A DNA stretch of 64,000 nucleotides from Verrucomicrobiota bacterium (GTDB lineage: Bacteria; Verrucomicrobiota; Verrucomicrobiia; Opitutales; Cerasicoccaceae), in NCBI GenBank assembly GCA_039818205.1, contig JBCBUK010000010.1, positions 94,940 through 158,939 of the forward strand. The letters run 5' to 3'. Each line of letters begins with the position of its first letter. Position 1 is the first letter of the stretch. Both the position numbers and the translations under genes were made by a program. Of this stretch, positions 50,744 through 61,200 are shown one piece after another. The notes under the pieces were generated by a model. The model was not told the origin of the DNA. It saw only the letters and a program-made list of their open reading frames with translations, and did not search any database.

Positions 50744-50802
50744 GATCTTCTCGAAGTTTTTTGAGGACAGCCAAGGGTGGCATTGGCCGAGTGCCTGTGC
50801 TA

Positions 50803-51657
50803 CTACTCGGTTGCCCACTTCGCGATCCATTCATCGTAGGTGGTGACGGTGGACGCATCTTCGCTCCGAGCCACCATGCCGAAATCTAGTGCGGGAGCCA
50901 TTGCCTGCTCAGTCGCCACAAAACGCATATCCATCGACCAGCGCATCGCATCGCCCGCATTGGGCATAGCACGATGCGGGGTTAGTTGGGAAAAGCACAG
51001 GGCATCTCCTGGTTCCATATCAACCGGATGACAGGGTAAATTCATAGCGTCTTCGCGGCTGATGCCCGTGAACCCATTTTCCGGATACTCGAAGTTTTGG
51101 TAGAGTTTCGTGTTATGGAAATTCGGCGAGACGGCAAGACAGCCGCTATCTGCATCGACCGCGTGGAGCGGGAACCAGATGGTTAAAATGTGGAGGTGAG
51201 CCTGTTCGCGAAAATACTGACCATCCTGATGCCAAGGCGTATTGGTGAACTGGCCCTTTGGTGTTTTAGGGCGGGAGTTCCATACGCCATGGCTGACTAT
51301 CTCGCCGGTGCCGAGGAACGCTTGCGCTAGGTTTAGTAGGGCCTCGTGTTTTAGGACCTGATACATCTCCCTGGGGGCAATCTCGACGAGTGACCTTCTC
51401 GGGCTGCGGTCGTACTTTGGCTTGCCGGCGGCATCCCAAAGGGCCGTGAATCGATGCATGAAATCAAGGTCCGAAAAAGAGCTGCCAACCTTGCCCTCAG
51501 AGCACCAGTTTTGGGCCTGGCGGTCGACCCAGTTTTCGAGAGCAGCTTGGCACAGGTTGAGAAGACTTGCTGGCAGAACACCTTTGGCAAGGTAGTACCC
51601 TTGCTCTTGATATAGAGTTGCGGCATTATTTGGAATGGAGCGTTGTTTTGTGGTCAT
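50803..51657 (-). CDS. PhyH-family Fe(II)/2-oxoglutarate dioxygenase
   Basis: Y.EQGY, TPWHQD (HxD), TIWFPL, GCL, PGDAL.F..LTPH, RWSMD.R. Confidence 0.88.
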   Translation of the reverse strand: MTTKQRSIPNNAATLYQEQGYYLAKGVLPASLLNLCQAALENWVDRQAQNWCSEGKVGSSFSDLDFMHRFTALWDAAGKPKYDRSPRRSLVEIAPREMYQVLKHEALLNLAQAFLGTGEIVSHGVWNSRPKTPKGQFTNTPWHQDGQYFREQAHLHILTIWFPLHAVDADSGCLAVSPNFHNTKLYQNFEYPENGFTGISREDAMNLPCHPVDMEPGDALCFSQLTPHRAMPNAGDAMRWSMDMRFVATEQAMAPALDFGMVARSEDASTVTTYDEWIAKWATE

Positions 51658-51747
51658 GGTGTTTCGAATGTGTGGCCGCATATTACTACTCCTATCTTTA
51701 TTGCACAATGGGCACGAATCACTTTCATTGGTTTGAAATCACCCAAG

Positions 51748-52527
51748 ATGATGCGCGAACGGCTGGGAAGTTTATTGGCTGATCCCCCCAGGATCATTCG
51801 GATTGGAAAAGGGATTCACGGAACCCGGAGGCGGGAGAAGTATCATTTTTCAGACTATTTCTGTCTGCACCTCTACCACTATCCGTTGAATCTTGAGATC
51901 GATGGTGGGTTAAATTCCATTGAGCCTGGCAGCCTCAGTTTGGTTCCAGCTCATGCTCAAATGGTCTTCCACTTCGACCAGGCGAACTGCGAGCACGACT
52001 ACGCGATTTTCGAACTCGGAGAATCTACTCCCGAAGAAATCGCTCCTCTGATTGTGGGTCCTGGGCTTGTGCCAGCTGGGTTTGGCGAGACCTTTAGACT
52101 CGCTGCAGAAGAACACCATCAACGACCGGATCGAGCCAGGTGTATACTTTGGCATCTATTGTGGATGCTGATGAGTGAGCCTTGTCCGCCGCGATCGAAT
52201 CGTGACCCACTGGTAGATCAGGTGGTGGACCACCTTAACAGGCGACTGAATCTGCCGTTATCGGTCAGCGCGATCGCTAGCTTTTTCGGCGTTTCTCACA
52301 ATCACCTGACGAGGAAGTTTCAAGCTGCTTTTGGTCAAGGAGTCGCAGCATTTATTTGCGACAGGCGAATCGAATTGGCCTGTCACCTGCTTGAAAATTC
52401 TACCCTCCCAATAAAGATTGTAGCACAGGAATGTGGAATTCCCGACGCGCACGCGTTCAACAAGGCGTTTCGCAGGACTCGCGGTTGCTCCCCCAGCAGT
52501 TACCGCGAATCGAACTGGAATCGTTAG
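51748..52527 (+). CDS. AraC-family transcriptional regulator, divergent from the PhyH gene
   Basis: GVSHNHLTRKF, LL....PIK.VA.ECG......FNKAFR...G.SPS.YR. Confidence 0.9.
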   Translation: MMRERLGSLLADPPRIIRIGKGIHGTRRREKYHFSDYFCLHLYHYPLNLEIDGGLNSIEPGSLSLVPAHAQMVFHFDQANCEHDYAIFELGESTPEEIAPLIVGPGLVPAGFGETFRLAAEEHHQRPDRARCILWHLLWMLMSEPCPPRSNRDPLVDQVVDHLNRRLNLPLSVSAIASFFGVSHNHLTRKFQAAFGQGVAAFICDRRIELACHLLENSTLPIKIVAQECGIPDAHAFNKAFRRTRGCSPSSYRESNWNR

Positions 52528-52680
52528 CGGGAGGTAACCCGTTCAGGATTACTAGGGCTTGGCCCCAGCCGTCGTATTAATTCGGAACAAACGGAAACGA
52601 CATCAGTCTATCCGCAACGAACGATTTGGTGATTGGCCATTCTCAAAGAAAAATTATTGATTTAGACCACTGCTATCCGG

Positions 52681-53817
52681 ATGAAAGCTTCACTATTGCT
52701 GGCCTGTGTACTGATGACGTCGGTCGTTGCAGGCGAGACCTACAACCTATTTCTGGCCGCAGGCCAATCCAACATGACGGGCACTGGCCGTGCTACGTTT
52801 TTCTACGTCGATCCGAATGGCGTGGATGATATCCTTTTTACAAAGAACGAGGGCTGGGGTCGGCGATTCCAGGAGAGAGGCTGGGTATGGCTGTCTGAGA
52901 CTCGGACTCGTATTGGCCCCGAGCACGCCTTTGCGCGAACGGTGTATGGTGACGTGCCGAACGTCGCTATCGCGAAATACTCAGTCAATGCGCGGTCTTT
53001 GCAGGACAGCTTCCGAAAGGATGCGGATAGTCGAGAGGTTCGGCTTTATGCTGATATGATCGATTTTTGGCAGCATGCAATTTACCAGCTTGAAGCACAA
53101 GGTCATGAGGTAAACATCCGCGCGCTCATCTGGCTCCAGGGTACAGCAGATTCCAGGGACAGCCGAAGAGCCAGGCGCTACAGCATCAATCTTGAGAAAT
53201 TTGTAACGGATATTCGCGCCGATCTCAACGCACCGGAAATGACCTTCATTACTGGTCGACATCCGGCCTACTGGTGTAGTCAGCCTGAATTTCGAACCGT
53301 GCGCAAAGCGCAGGTTGATGTCGCGGACAGCGAACCGAATGCCTATTGGGTGGACTGCGATTTAGGAACCTGGCACCGGGGAGATCGGGTTCACTATACA
53401 AACGACAGTTTGGAACTGATCGGGGTGAGGATGGCTGAGGCATATCTATACAATGGCAAGACCTATTCGCGTTTCAGTGCTGGCGCTGGGTCCGGAATAG
53501 GGGATATGTCCAACGACCGGGATTTTGATGGTCGGAGCAACCTGGTCGAATATGTCGACGATAGCGACCCGACAACCGCGGATGGTGCGAGTAGTAATCT
53601 CGTATTCGAGGTTGGCGAAACAACTCGAATTAAGTTGAGAGACGGCTTTTCGATGCCGGCTGATGTCGAAGCGACACTTTATTACTCAACGGATTTAGAA
53701 GGGCCGTGGAAAAGCATCCAAATTGATGAGTCAGATTTTGAGTCGGGCGACTGGTTGGTCACCGTAGATTCCAAGCAAGTATTCGCGCGACTTGGCTACG
53801 CAGTGACTTCGCATTAA
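52681..53817 (+). CDS. Secreted SASA/CE6-like SGNH acetylesterase with C-terminal domain
   Basis: AGQSNM, GPE, WLQG, DRVH motifs; signal peptide. Confidence 0.85.
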   Translation: MKASLLLACVLMTSVVAGETYNLFLAAGQSNMTGTGRATFFYVDPNGVDDILFTKNEGWGRRFQERGWVWLSETRTRIGPEHAFARTVYGDVPNVAIAKYSVNARSLQDSFRKDADSREVRLYADMIDFWQHAIYQLEAQGHEVNIRALIWLQGTADSRDSRRARRYSINLEKFVTDIRADLNAPEMTFITGRHPAYWCSQPEFRTVRKAQVDVADSEPNAYWVDCDLGTWHRGDRVHYTNDSLELIGVRMAEAYLYNGKTYSRFSAGAGSGIGDMSNDRDFDGRSNLVEYVDDSDPTTADGASSNLVFEVGETTRIKLRDGFSMPADVEATLYYSTDLEGPWKSIQIDESDFESGDWLVTVDSKQVFARLGYAVTSH

Positions 53818-53849
53818 GGGGTTTCTGATTTAGGATAGCCCACAAAGAT

Positions 53850-54941
53850 TCATCGGACGACTCGGCCGGAGGTCGCACCGTGCATGAGTGACTCGACCTC
53901 GCTTCGAGTTGAAAAGTTAAAGTCACCCTTGATGGAGTGTTTGAGACAGGAAGCCGCAACCGCATACCTAATCGCTGTGTTTGGCGCTCGCAGCTCCGGA
54001 GTGGTTAGGGCAAATATCAGACCACCAGCAAACGCGTCCCCACCGCCGACGCGGTCGACGATGTTGCGAATTTCATATGGGCGATAAGCGCCTTCAGCAT
54101 CCAATGGAGCGAAGTGGGCTTTTTTTGAACGTCCGTCGTAGAGCATAGCTCCCCAATTATTGTGCGTTGCCGAAAGGCTTTCGCGCAGCGTGATTGCCAC
54201 CGTTTGTACGTTGGGGAATTGATCGATCACTTGCTGGGCGACGTCTGGATATCGATCAATTTCGAGAGCGCCAGCGTGGACGTCGGTATCTCCGGCACGA
54301 ATACCAAGCACGTCGTGGCAATCCGCTTCATTTGCGATCACGACGTCGACATAGGGCAGGATGCCCTGCATTATGTCTTGGGCGAGCTCGCGCCCGGTTT
54401 TGGTTGCATGCCACTTCCAGAGTTTGCCGCGAAAGTTGAGGTCGATGGATACCTGGATGCCAGCGTTCTCTGCTTTCTGTGCGGCTACCATGGTCGCTTC
54501 CGCTGCGTTCTCAGAGATTGCGGGTGTAATACCACTGAGATGCAGCCACTGCGAACCCTCAAAGATTCCTTCCCAGTCATATGACTCAGGGGGAGCGATT
54601 GCGATAGCTGAATCAGTGCGGTCATAGATTACGTTGCTTGGCCGCTGGTTGGCACCGGTTTCCAGAAAGTAGAGCCCTAAGCGTCCCTTATCGGGGCGGA
54701 GAATGTACCGAGTATCGATTCCGACCGCGCGGATGGCGTCCATTGTCGCTTCGCCGAGTGCGTGTTTGGGTAAGGCGGTCACGTAGCGAGCGCTACCCCC
54801 AAAGTTACAAATGGATGCGGCGACGCTGGCTTCGGCACCAGCGTAGGTCACTTCGAGGTCCCGTGTCTGGCGTAACCTTAGATTGGCGGGCGCGGCCATG
54901 CGGGCCATAATCTCGCCAAATGTAACAACGACATTTTCCAT
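53850..54941 (-). CDS. kdgK: PfkB-family sugar kinase, 2-keto-3-deoxygluconate kinase-like
   Basis: VVTFGEIM, GLYFLETGA..RPS.VIYDR, HLSGITPA, DLNFR.KLW, IVDRVGGGDAF. Confidence 0.85.
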   Translation of the reverse strand: MENVVVTFGEIMARMAAPANLRLRQTRDLEVTYAGAEASVAASICNFGGSARYVTALPKHALGEATMDAIRAVGIDTRYILRPDKGRLGLYFLETGANQRPSNVIYDRTDSAIAIAPPESYDWEGIFEGSQWLHLSGITPAISENAAEATMVAAQKAENAGIQVSIDLNFRGKLWKWHATKTGRELAQDIMQGILPYVDVVIANEADCHDVLGIRAGDTDVHAGALEIDRYPDVAQQVIDQFPNVQTVAITLRESLSATHNNWGAMLYDGRSKKAHFAPLDAEGAYRPYEIRNIVDRVGGGDAFAGGLIFALTTPELRAPNTAIRYAVAASCLKHSIKGDFNFSTRSEVESLMHGATSGRVVR

Positions 54942-55618
54942 AGTAGAACACTTATCACCTGAATGTGAGATAATTGGAAGTCTTTTGAAGCGCGGTCGCT
55001 CTAAGTGTTAGGCTAGGTCATCAGATTATTTCTCTCCAATGGACGAGAGTTTCTAACGAGATCTGTCTGGAAAAAGTTTGTAATGCTGAAATGTTTTGTT
55101 ACTCATCACACCTGAAGCTTTCCCCAAAGCTAGACCACCCAGTAGGTTTTCATCTACAACCCAATATACGCCCCTCTGCCGCAAGGCAGAACTCCCCATA
55201 GCTCAATCTCTAATCTGATATGCATATCCTGCATATTGGTGCGGTGTTCAGCATCCGTATATTAACTCTCGCAAGGCGACTAACTGCCCTGAGCTTTGCT
55301 GCATATGCAGATCTCCAGGCTTGTAGGTCGTCGACCCCTTGATGAAAAAGTCGAACAAGTTCTACTTCCTCCTGCCGCTGATACGATTCTTTGGTTCATT
55401 TTCTTGCGCGAAGGATATCAGTGATCCGAAGCCGATTCAGGCAAAATCAAGTTCGCTGGTTCGCTGGCATCATTTTGGCCCTGATAATCTTAGTTGCATT
55501 GCATTGCTCCTGAACGCGGCGTTGTTTGAGCTGTTAGATAAGGCGTATCGAAGGTTCCTCGATGGAAATCGGAAGCCGGTCGAATCCTATTTTGGAATGA
55601 TGGAATAATGCTTTCGTC

Positions 55619-57997
55619 ATGAGTTTTACCGGAGCCCCCAAAAGTAGTTTGCGATTGGCTATTGTCGTTTCGCCCCACCTTGTGCACGGCCAGAACTGTG
55701 TGAAAGGAGTCGCTCGATGTTTACGTGAGAAGTACCCGAGCGTTCGGGTGGAGATAATCATATACCGCCAGTTTGAATCCTTTGAAGAGTTCAAGGAATT
55801 CGATGGTATCTTGTTGACTCAGGATAGTGCGCTTTGGGCCCAGTTGCCTTCAAATATTCCGGTAGTTTCGATTGGGTTTTCTTCGGGGATTCGCCCAGGT
55901 TTCGGGTTTGAAATCCGCGATCGCCAAGTTGGAATTGTTGCCGCGGAGGCGCTTTGTCGATTTGGAGTCATCAGTTATGGCTTCTACCATGGTTGGCATC
56001 GTAACACCAATGCAGACATCGAGAACGGTAACCGGCGATTGGACGGATTTCGAACCGGGTTCGAACAAGGCGGAAACAAGTATGTTGGCAATAGGTTTAG
56101 CGTACAGCGATCATCGAGTTTTGATAAACTGGTGGATTGGCTTTCAAATCTGCCCAAGCCTGCTGGGGTCCTTGCGTACAATGATGTGGGCGCTTTGAAA
56201 GTAGCCGAAGCTTGTTGGATTGCGGGCCTGAAAATCCCAGATGAAGTTGCTATTGTTGGAGTAGATAACGACCCATTGTTTTGTGGCCTTGGCGACTATG
56301 GACTATCAAGTGTCGACCCTGATGTCGAACAGGTCGCCTATAATGCAACCGAGTACCTGATTGGCTATCTTGGGGAGAATGAATCGACGGCTATAGAGAT
56401 TGGTGACAGTCAGCCAACCTTGGTATCACGCCAGTCGACCGGTAATGCGGTGAGTTCTTCTTTGGTGGTTTCAAGAGCGCTAGACCTCATGTATCAAACA
56501 GATGTTTCTGCGCTCGGATCGATTGATATTCCACGCCTTGTTGGAACCAGTCAGAGAGGTCTCGAAATGCTTTTCAAGAAAGAGTTGGGCATTACGATTC
56601 AGAACCAAATTAACAATGTCCAGTTGGACTATGTGAAACGATTGCTCAGAGAAACAGCGCTGAGCGTGGAAGAGATAGCGGAGAAAATTGGCTGGGAACC
56701 ACCGACCATCTATCGAGCGTTTCGACGAAGTCTTGAGATATCCCCCGGCGAATACCGCAGGCAGTTTCATGAAGAAGCGTTAGAAACGTCTAGTGGGCGG
56801 GCCATCTCGGTAGATCAGAGAAAATACGTAGTCGGCGTCATCTCATCCATGTCGGGCAATGCACATGTGGAGTCGATAAAAGGCTTTAAGGAGTTTTTTC
56901 GGGATCAAAGCGATTTCCACCTTTTGTTGTGTCTTGATAGCGCCGACGCGGTTGTTCAAGGAGGTCCGACTTCCTTAGACGGAGAGAAATCGATTGCCGA
57001 CTGCGATGCCTATATTGTCCTGGGGCAAAAGCGGGAGTTTCTCCGAAGGCTAACGGGCGATAAGCCGGTCATTACGACGCAACCTCGGTTAGAAGGAGAA
57101 CCGTGTTTGCCAATTGCTGTCGACGAGCGAAGTGCTGGCGTGCTCGCGGCGAATCACTTCTTGCACAAGAAATTCACTCATTTTGCTTACTGCAGCAGCA
57201 AGGTTCAGATTGATAAGACTGGTACTGAAATGGTTAATGCTCGAAGCCCAGAACGCTATTCTGGCTTTCGAGATACCTTGCTCGCGGCGGGAGTGCCTGA
57301 GGAAAATATTTTGTCTATAAATTATTCCTCGCGGCTAGAGATGATAAGGGGCCTTGAAAGTCTTCCACCGCGAACCGCGTTGTATGCGTTCAATGACCAT
57401 ATCGCATTGACGCTTCAGAAAGAGTGTTTCCGGTTGGGGATACGTGTCCCTGAAGATGTTGCATTGCTCGGCACTGATAACGATAAGTATCTTTGCCAGA
57501 TGGCTAAGCCAACGTTGAGCAGCGTGGAGATCGGGTTCAGGAGGGCTGGCTTCAAGATTGCTGAGAGTTTCGTAAGTTGGATCAAGAATCAAGATGAGCC
57601 CAACCTGCAAGATTCGATCGTTCTCGCGAGGCAAGTCGTTGAGCGAGATTCAACTAGAATACTGGGAATTGACGATTCTCAGATCGAGTCTGTCGTCGAA
57701 TTCCTAAGGAACCACTACAAGGAATATATTGGTGTCCAAGACATTGCGGCTTCAGTTGGCCTTAGTCGCCGGAGCATAGAAAAGAGATTCAAAGCGAACC
57801 TGGGTCGAACGATTGGGGAAGAGTTGCAGTATACGCGCCTACAGGCGGCTGCTGATTTACTTACCTCGACCTCTCTTTCGGTGGGTGAGGTGGCACATCG
57901 ATGTGGCTACAAAAAGCCGTCCCATTTTTGTCGGGTATTTAAGGAGCAGATGGGCGCACCTCCGTTGACCTATAAAGCCCCGAGGCGCAAGGAATAG
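55619..57997 (+). CDS. Tandemly duplicated XylR-type regulator: 2 x (LacI-like ligand-binding domain + AraC HTH)
   Basis: LPKPAGVLAYND..IPDEVAIVGVDND + HTH ending SPGEYR, then LPPRTALYAFND..VPEDVALLGTDND + HTH ending PPLTYK, in one 792-aa frame. Confidence 0.85.
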   Translation: MSFTGAPKSSLRLAIVVSPHLVHGQNCVKGVARCLREKYPSVRVEIIIYRQFESFEEFKEFDGILLTQDSALWAQLPSNIPVVSIGFSSGIRPGFGFEIRDRQVGIVAAEALCRFGVISYGFYHGWHRNTNADIENGNRRLDGFRTGFEQGGNKYVGNRFSVQRSSSFDKLVDWLSNLPKPAGVLAYNDVGALKVAEACWIAGLKIPDEVAIVGVDNDPLFCGLGDYGLSSVDPDVEQVAYNATEYLIGYLGENESTAIEIGDSQPTLVSRQSTGNAVSSSLVVSRALDLMYQTDVSALGSIDIPRLVGTSQRGLEMLFKKELGITIQNQINNVQLDYVKRLLRETALSVEEIAEKIGWEPPTIYRAFRRSLEISPGEYRRQFHEEALETSSGRAISVDQRKYVVGVISSMSGNAHVESIKGFKEFFRDQSDFHLLLCLDSADAVVQGGPTSLDGEKSIADCDAYIVLGQKREFLRRLTGDKPVITTQPRLEGEPCLPIAVDERSAGVLAANHFLHKKFTHFAYCSSKVQIDKTGTEMVNARSPERYSGFRDTLLAAGVPEENILSINYSSRLEMIRGLESLPPRTALYAFNDHIALTLQKECFRLGIRVPEDVALLGTDNDKYLCQMAKPTLSSVEIGFRRAGFKIAESFVSWIKNQDEPNLQDSIVLARQVVERDSTRILGIDDSQIESVVEFLRNHYKEYIGVQDIAASVGLSRRSIEKRFKANLGRTIGEELQYTRLQAAADLLTSTSLSVGEVAHRCGYKKPSHFCRVFKEQMGAPPLTYKAPRRKE

Positions 57998-58241
57998 GAA
58001 CGGCGTGAGTCGCTTTGGTATTGGTTGTGGAACCGCCAATTTGTTTGGAAACTTGAGAAATTTGGGTGTCCGAAGAATAGGGTCTCGTAGGTGCACTAGG
58101 TAGGCTGTCGCCTTTGGGAATTGTTATGTTTGTTCGCAAATCGGATAAGGTTTTGCGTTTCAGGTTATGTTCAAGGGCATCCTTTGCGGGTAGTCTCAAG
58201 GTCTCTACTTAACCCTATCATCCCAAAGAGAAAACAGAATC

Positions 58242-61200
58242 ATGAGAAAACACCTATTGTTTTTCTTGGTGTCGGTTCTGGCTGTGTGCTATGTGCACGC
58301 ACAAGCCCCGACCCCGCCCAATAGTAACCCGCCCGCTATCAACTTCGACAAAACGAAAGATTTGTTTATCCCCCAGTTCGATAGTAAGCCCGACCCAGAT
58401 GATATCCATGCAATGGCTGCGCTCGGTTCGATGTTGGCGCACCCCGATCTGCACGACGTCGACTATTTTGCAGTGCAAGGATCTGTCGGTATGCAACCCA
58501 GCCGGACGCCGAATGGATACATTCCAGCTCCAGCGCTTATGACTATGGCATTTGGCCCAGAGAATGTGCGTTGGACACAAGCTGGACGAGGCAGACTAAA
58601 TACTGATCCGGGCACTCCGAACTGGAACGCATCGGTTGTTCGCGTACGTGACAAGGCTAAGACCGCACTTGATCGTGGCGGTAAGGTCTACGTTATGGAG
58701 GCTGGAAACTCTGACTTTACCCGAGATTGGGTTCAGTCATTGATCAACAACACGAGCTATACGGCTAACGACACTAGGAATCGCATTGTGGTGGTTCAGC
58801 ATTCCAACTGGAATGAAACAAGGACAACGACAACTGTTGGATTCACTGGTGCGAACAGCCACCCAGCTGGGATTACGAATGTACTCGATTGGGTAAGAAA
58901 CAACACGGACTACCGTCGAATTGAAGATGGCAATGGAAACAACTCCACACCAAATTACCGCACTTCGACTACCTCATTCGCGAATCAAGCTGAAGCCAAC
59001 AACAATCCGAATACCCATGCCCGCGACATGTGGCGGGAGGCAGACCGACTTATCCAAGACAATGGATATCTTCCGGGTCACTCAACCATCACCGTTGGCG
59101 GTGTGGACTATTCTGACTGCGTTGAGGCCTGGTACATCTTCGGCCTGGGAACGACCGTCGATAACAACACAAAGTTCTTCAACCGTTACGTCACCAATAG
59201 TAATAGCGCGAATGGTCCGGTACCGGGTCCGGCGGGTTCGGGAACGGTCTATGTCGAACAGAATGGATTGGTCATAATGGAAACGGAGAATACGCCTTCT
59301 GATCTGGGTCTCTGGCTCAACAAGACTGCCGTCAGTGGGTATACCGGCTCGGGTTATCTAGAGTTCAACGGTAATAACTTTGAGCTTGGGCCGCCGAACT
59401 CGCCTCTCACCTATGAGTTCACAGTCAGCCAATCCGGGCTCTATTATCTGCACCTGCACTGTGCTCGCCAGGTCGTCAATGGCCGGCACGATGTCGCTAA
59501 CGATTGTTATGTTCGGGTGGAAGGTAACTATTCCGCAGGTCCTAATGCGGGTAACACCCATGGGGCGCATGCGCCTTTGAGCATGCTGAAGAGCGATACC
59601 AAGTTTTTCGGTGGTGCAAACAATCAGTTTGTCTGGTCATCCGGCAACAAGTTGGACCCTGGTGGCCACAACAACAAGCGCGTTGCCATCTATAATTTTC
59701 AGGCGGGCGAGACCTACCGTTTGGTTGTTTCCGGTCGTTCTAAGTTCTTTAAATTGGATCGAATTATGTTCCGTCATTCTTCGGTTCCGGCTGCCACCGC
59801 AGAGAACCTGAACAATCCAGAATCGTCGACCACCTCAGGACCAGGTGGCGGAAGCAACACCGTTGATTGTAGTTTGCTGCCAAGCTCAGTTGTCTCATCA
59901 ACTTCCTTTGATGTGCAAGTGCCCTACGAAGCGTCGGGGAATCGTGAAATTGTCGTTGTTCTTTCTGGCCCTTCCGGCTGGTTGGGTAACGGGAAGACGC
60001 AAGTGTCCACTGGCTCCGGTACTGCATCGGTCACGGTGAATGTTGCTGGTGGAGTCGCTCCGGCTGCCGGTAGTGGCTACACGCTTGCTGCGACCAACCG
60101 CGTTATTGGAGATGGTGCAGGCAACTACACACCGTGCACCACTGCCTTGACCTTTACGAACACCCTTAGCAACACCGCTGATTGTAGCCTTTTGCCAAGC
60201 TCAGTTGTCTCATCGACTTCCTTTGATGTGCAAGTGCCCTACGAGGCATCAGGGAATCGAGAAATTGTCGTTGTTCTCTCTGGCGCTTCCGGCTGGTTGG
60301 GTAACGGGAAGACGCAGGTGTCCGCTGGTTCCGGTACCGCATCGGTCACGGTAAATGTTGCTGGTGGAGTCGCTCCGGCTGCGGGTGGTGGATACACGCT
60401 TGCTGCGACCAACCGAGTTATTGGTGATGGCGCAGGCAACTACACACAGTGCACCACTGCCTTGACCTTTACGAACACCCTTAGCAATACCGCTGATTGT
60501 AGCCTCTTGCCGAGCTCAGTGGAATCGGCGACATCGTTCGATGTCCAGGTACCCTACGAGGCTGCAGGGAATCGTGAAATTGTTGTTGTTATTGGAGGCC
60601 CTACTGGCTGGTTGGGTAACGGCAAGACTCAGGTAACTGCGGGGTCTGGCACGGCCATAGTAACGGTGAATGTTGTTAACGGAGGCGCTCCAGCTGCCGG
60701 CGGCAGCTATGAGCTAAGTGTCACGAACCGCGTTCCGGGCGATGGTTCTCAGGCCAACTACACGCCTTGCACCAGCGCATTAACAATTACCGCGCCTGGT
60801 GGCGGCCCTGCTACCAGTAATTCTGCTGATTGTAGCTTGCTGCCGACATCGCTTGTCTCATCAACATCCTTTGACGTGCAAGTCCCTTATGAAGCGACGG
60901 AAAACCGTGAGATCGTTGTTGTCATTGGAGGTCCTTCTGGCTGGCTCGGTAATGGCAAGACACCGGTCGCTGCTGGAACTGGCACTGCAACCGTAACGGT
61001 TAATGTTGTCGTCGGTGGCACACCAGCTGCAGGCGGTGGTTATCAACTAAGCGTTACTAACCGCATTCCAGGCGATGGAAACCAAGGGAACTACACGCCA
61101 TGCACGAGTGCGTTGGCGTTCACATCGGCGGGCGGCACGCTTGTTGAAACACCTGTTCAAGACGCTTACATACAGGGCTCGACTCCGTTCAATAATGGCG

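Noticed and set aside
55339..55608. 89-aa ORF upstream of the double XylR
   Set aside because: No recognisable motifs and atypical composition; cannot be supported as a gene
59856..61125. CRISPR array or non-coding repeat
   Set aside because: The repeats are 315-nt in-frame coding units without spacers; no cas genes or short regularly spaced repeats were seen in the window
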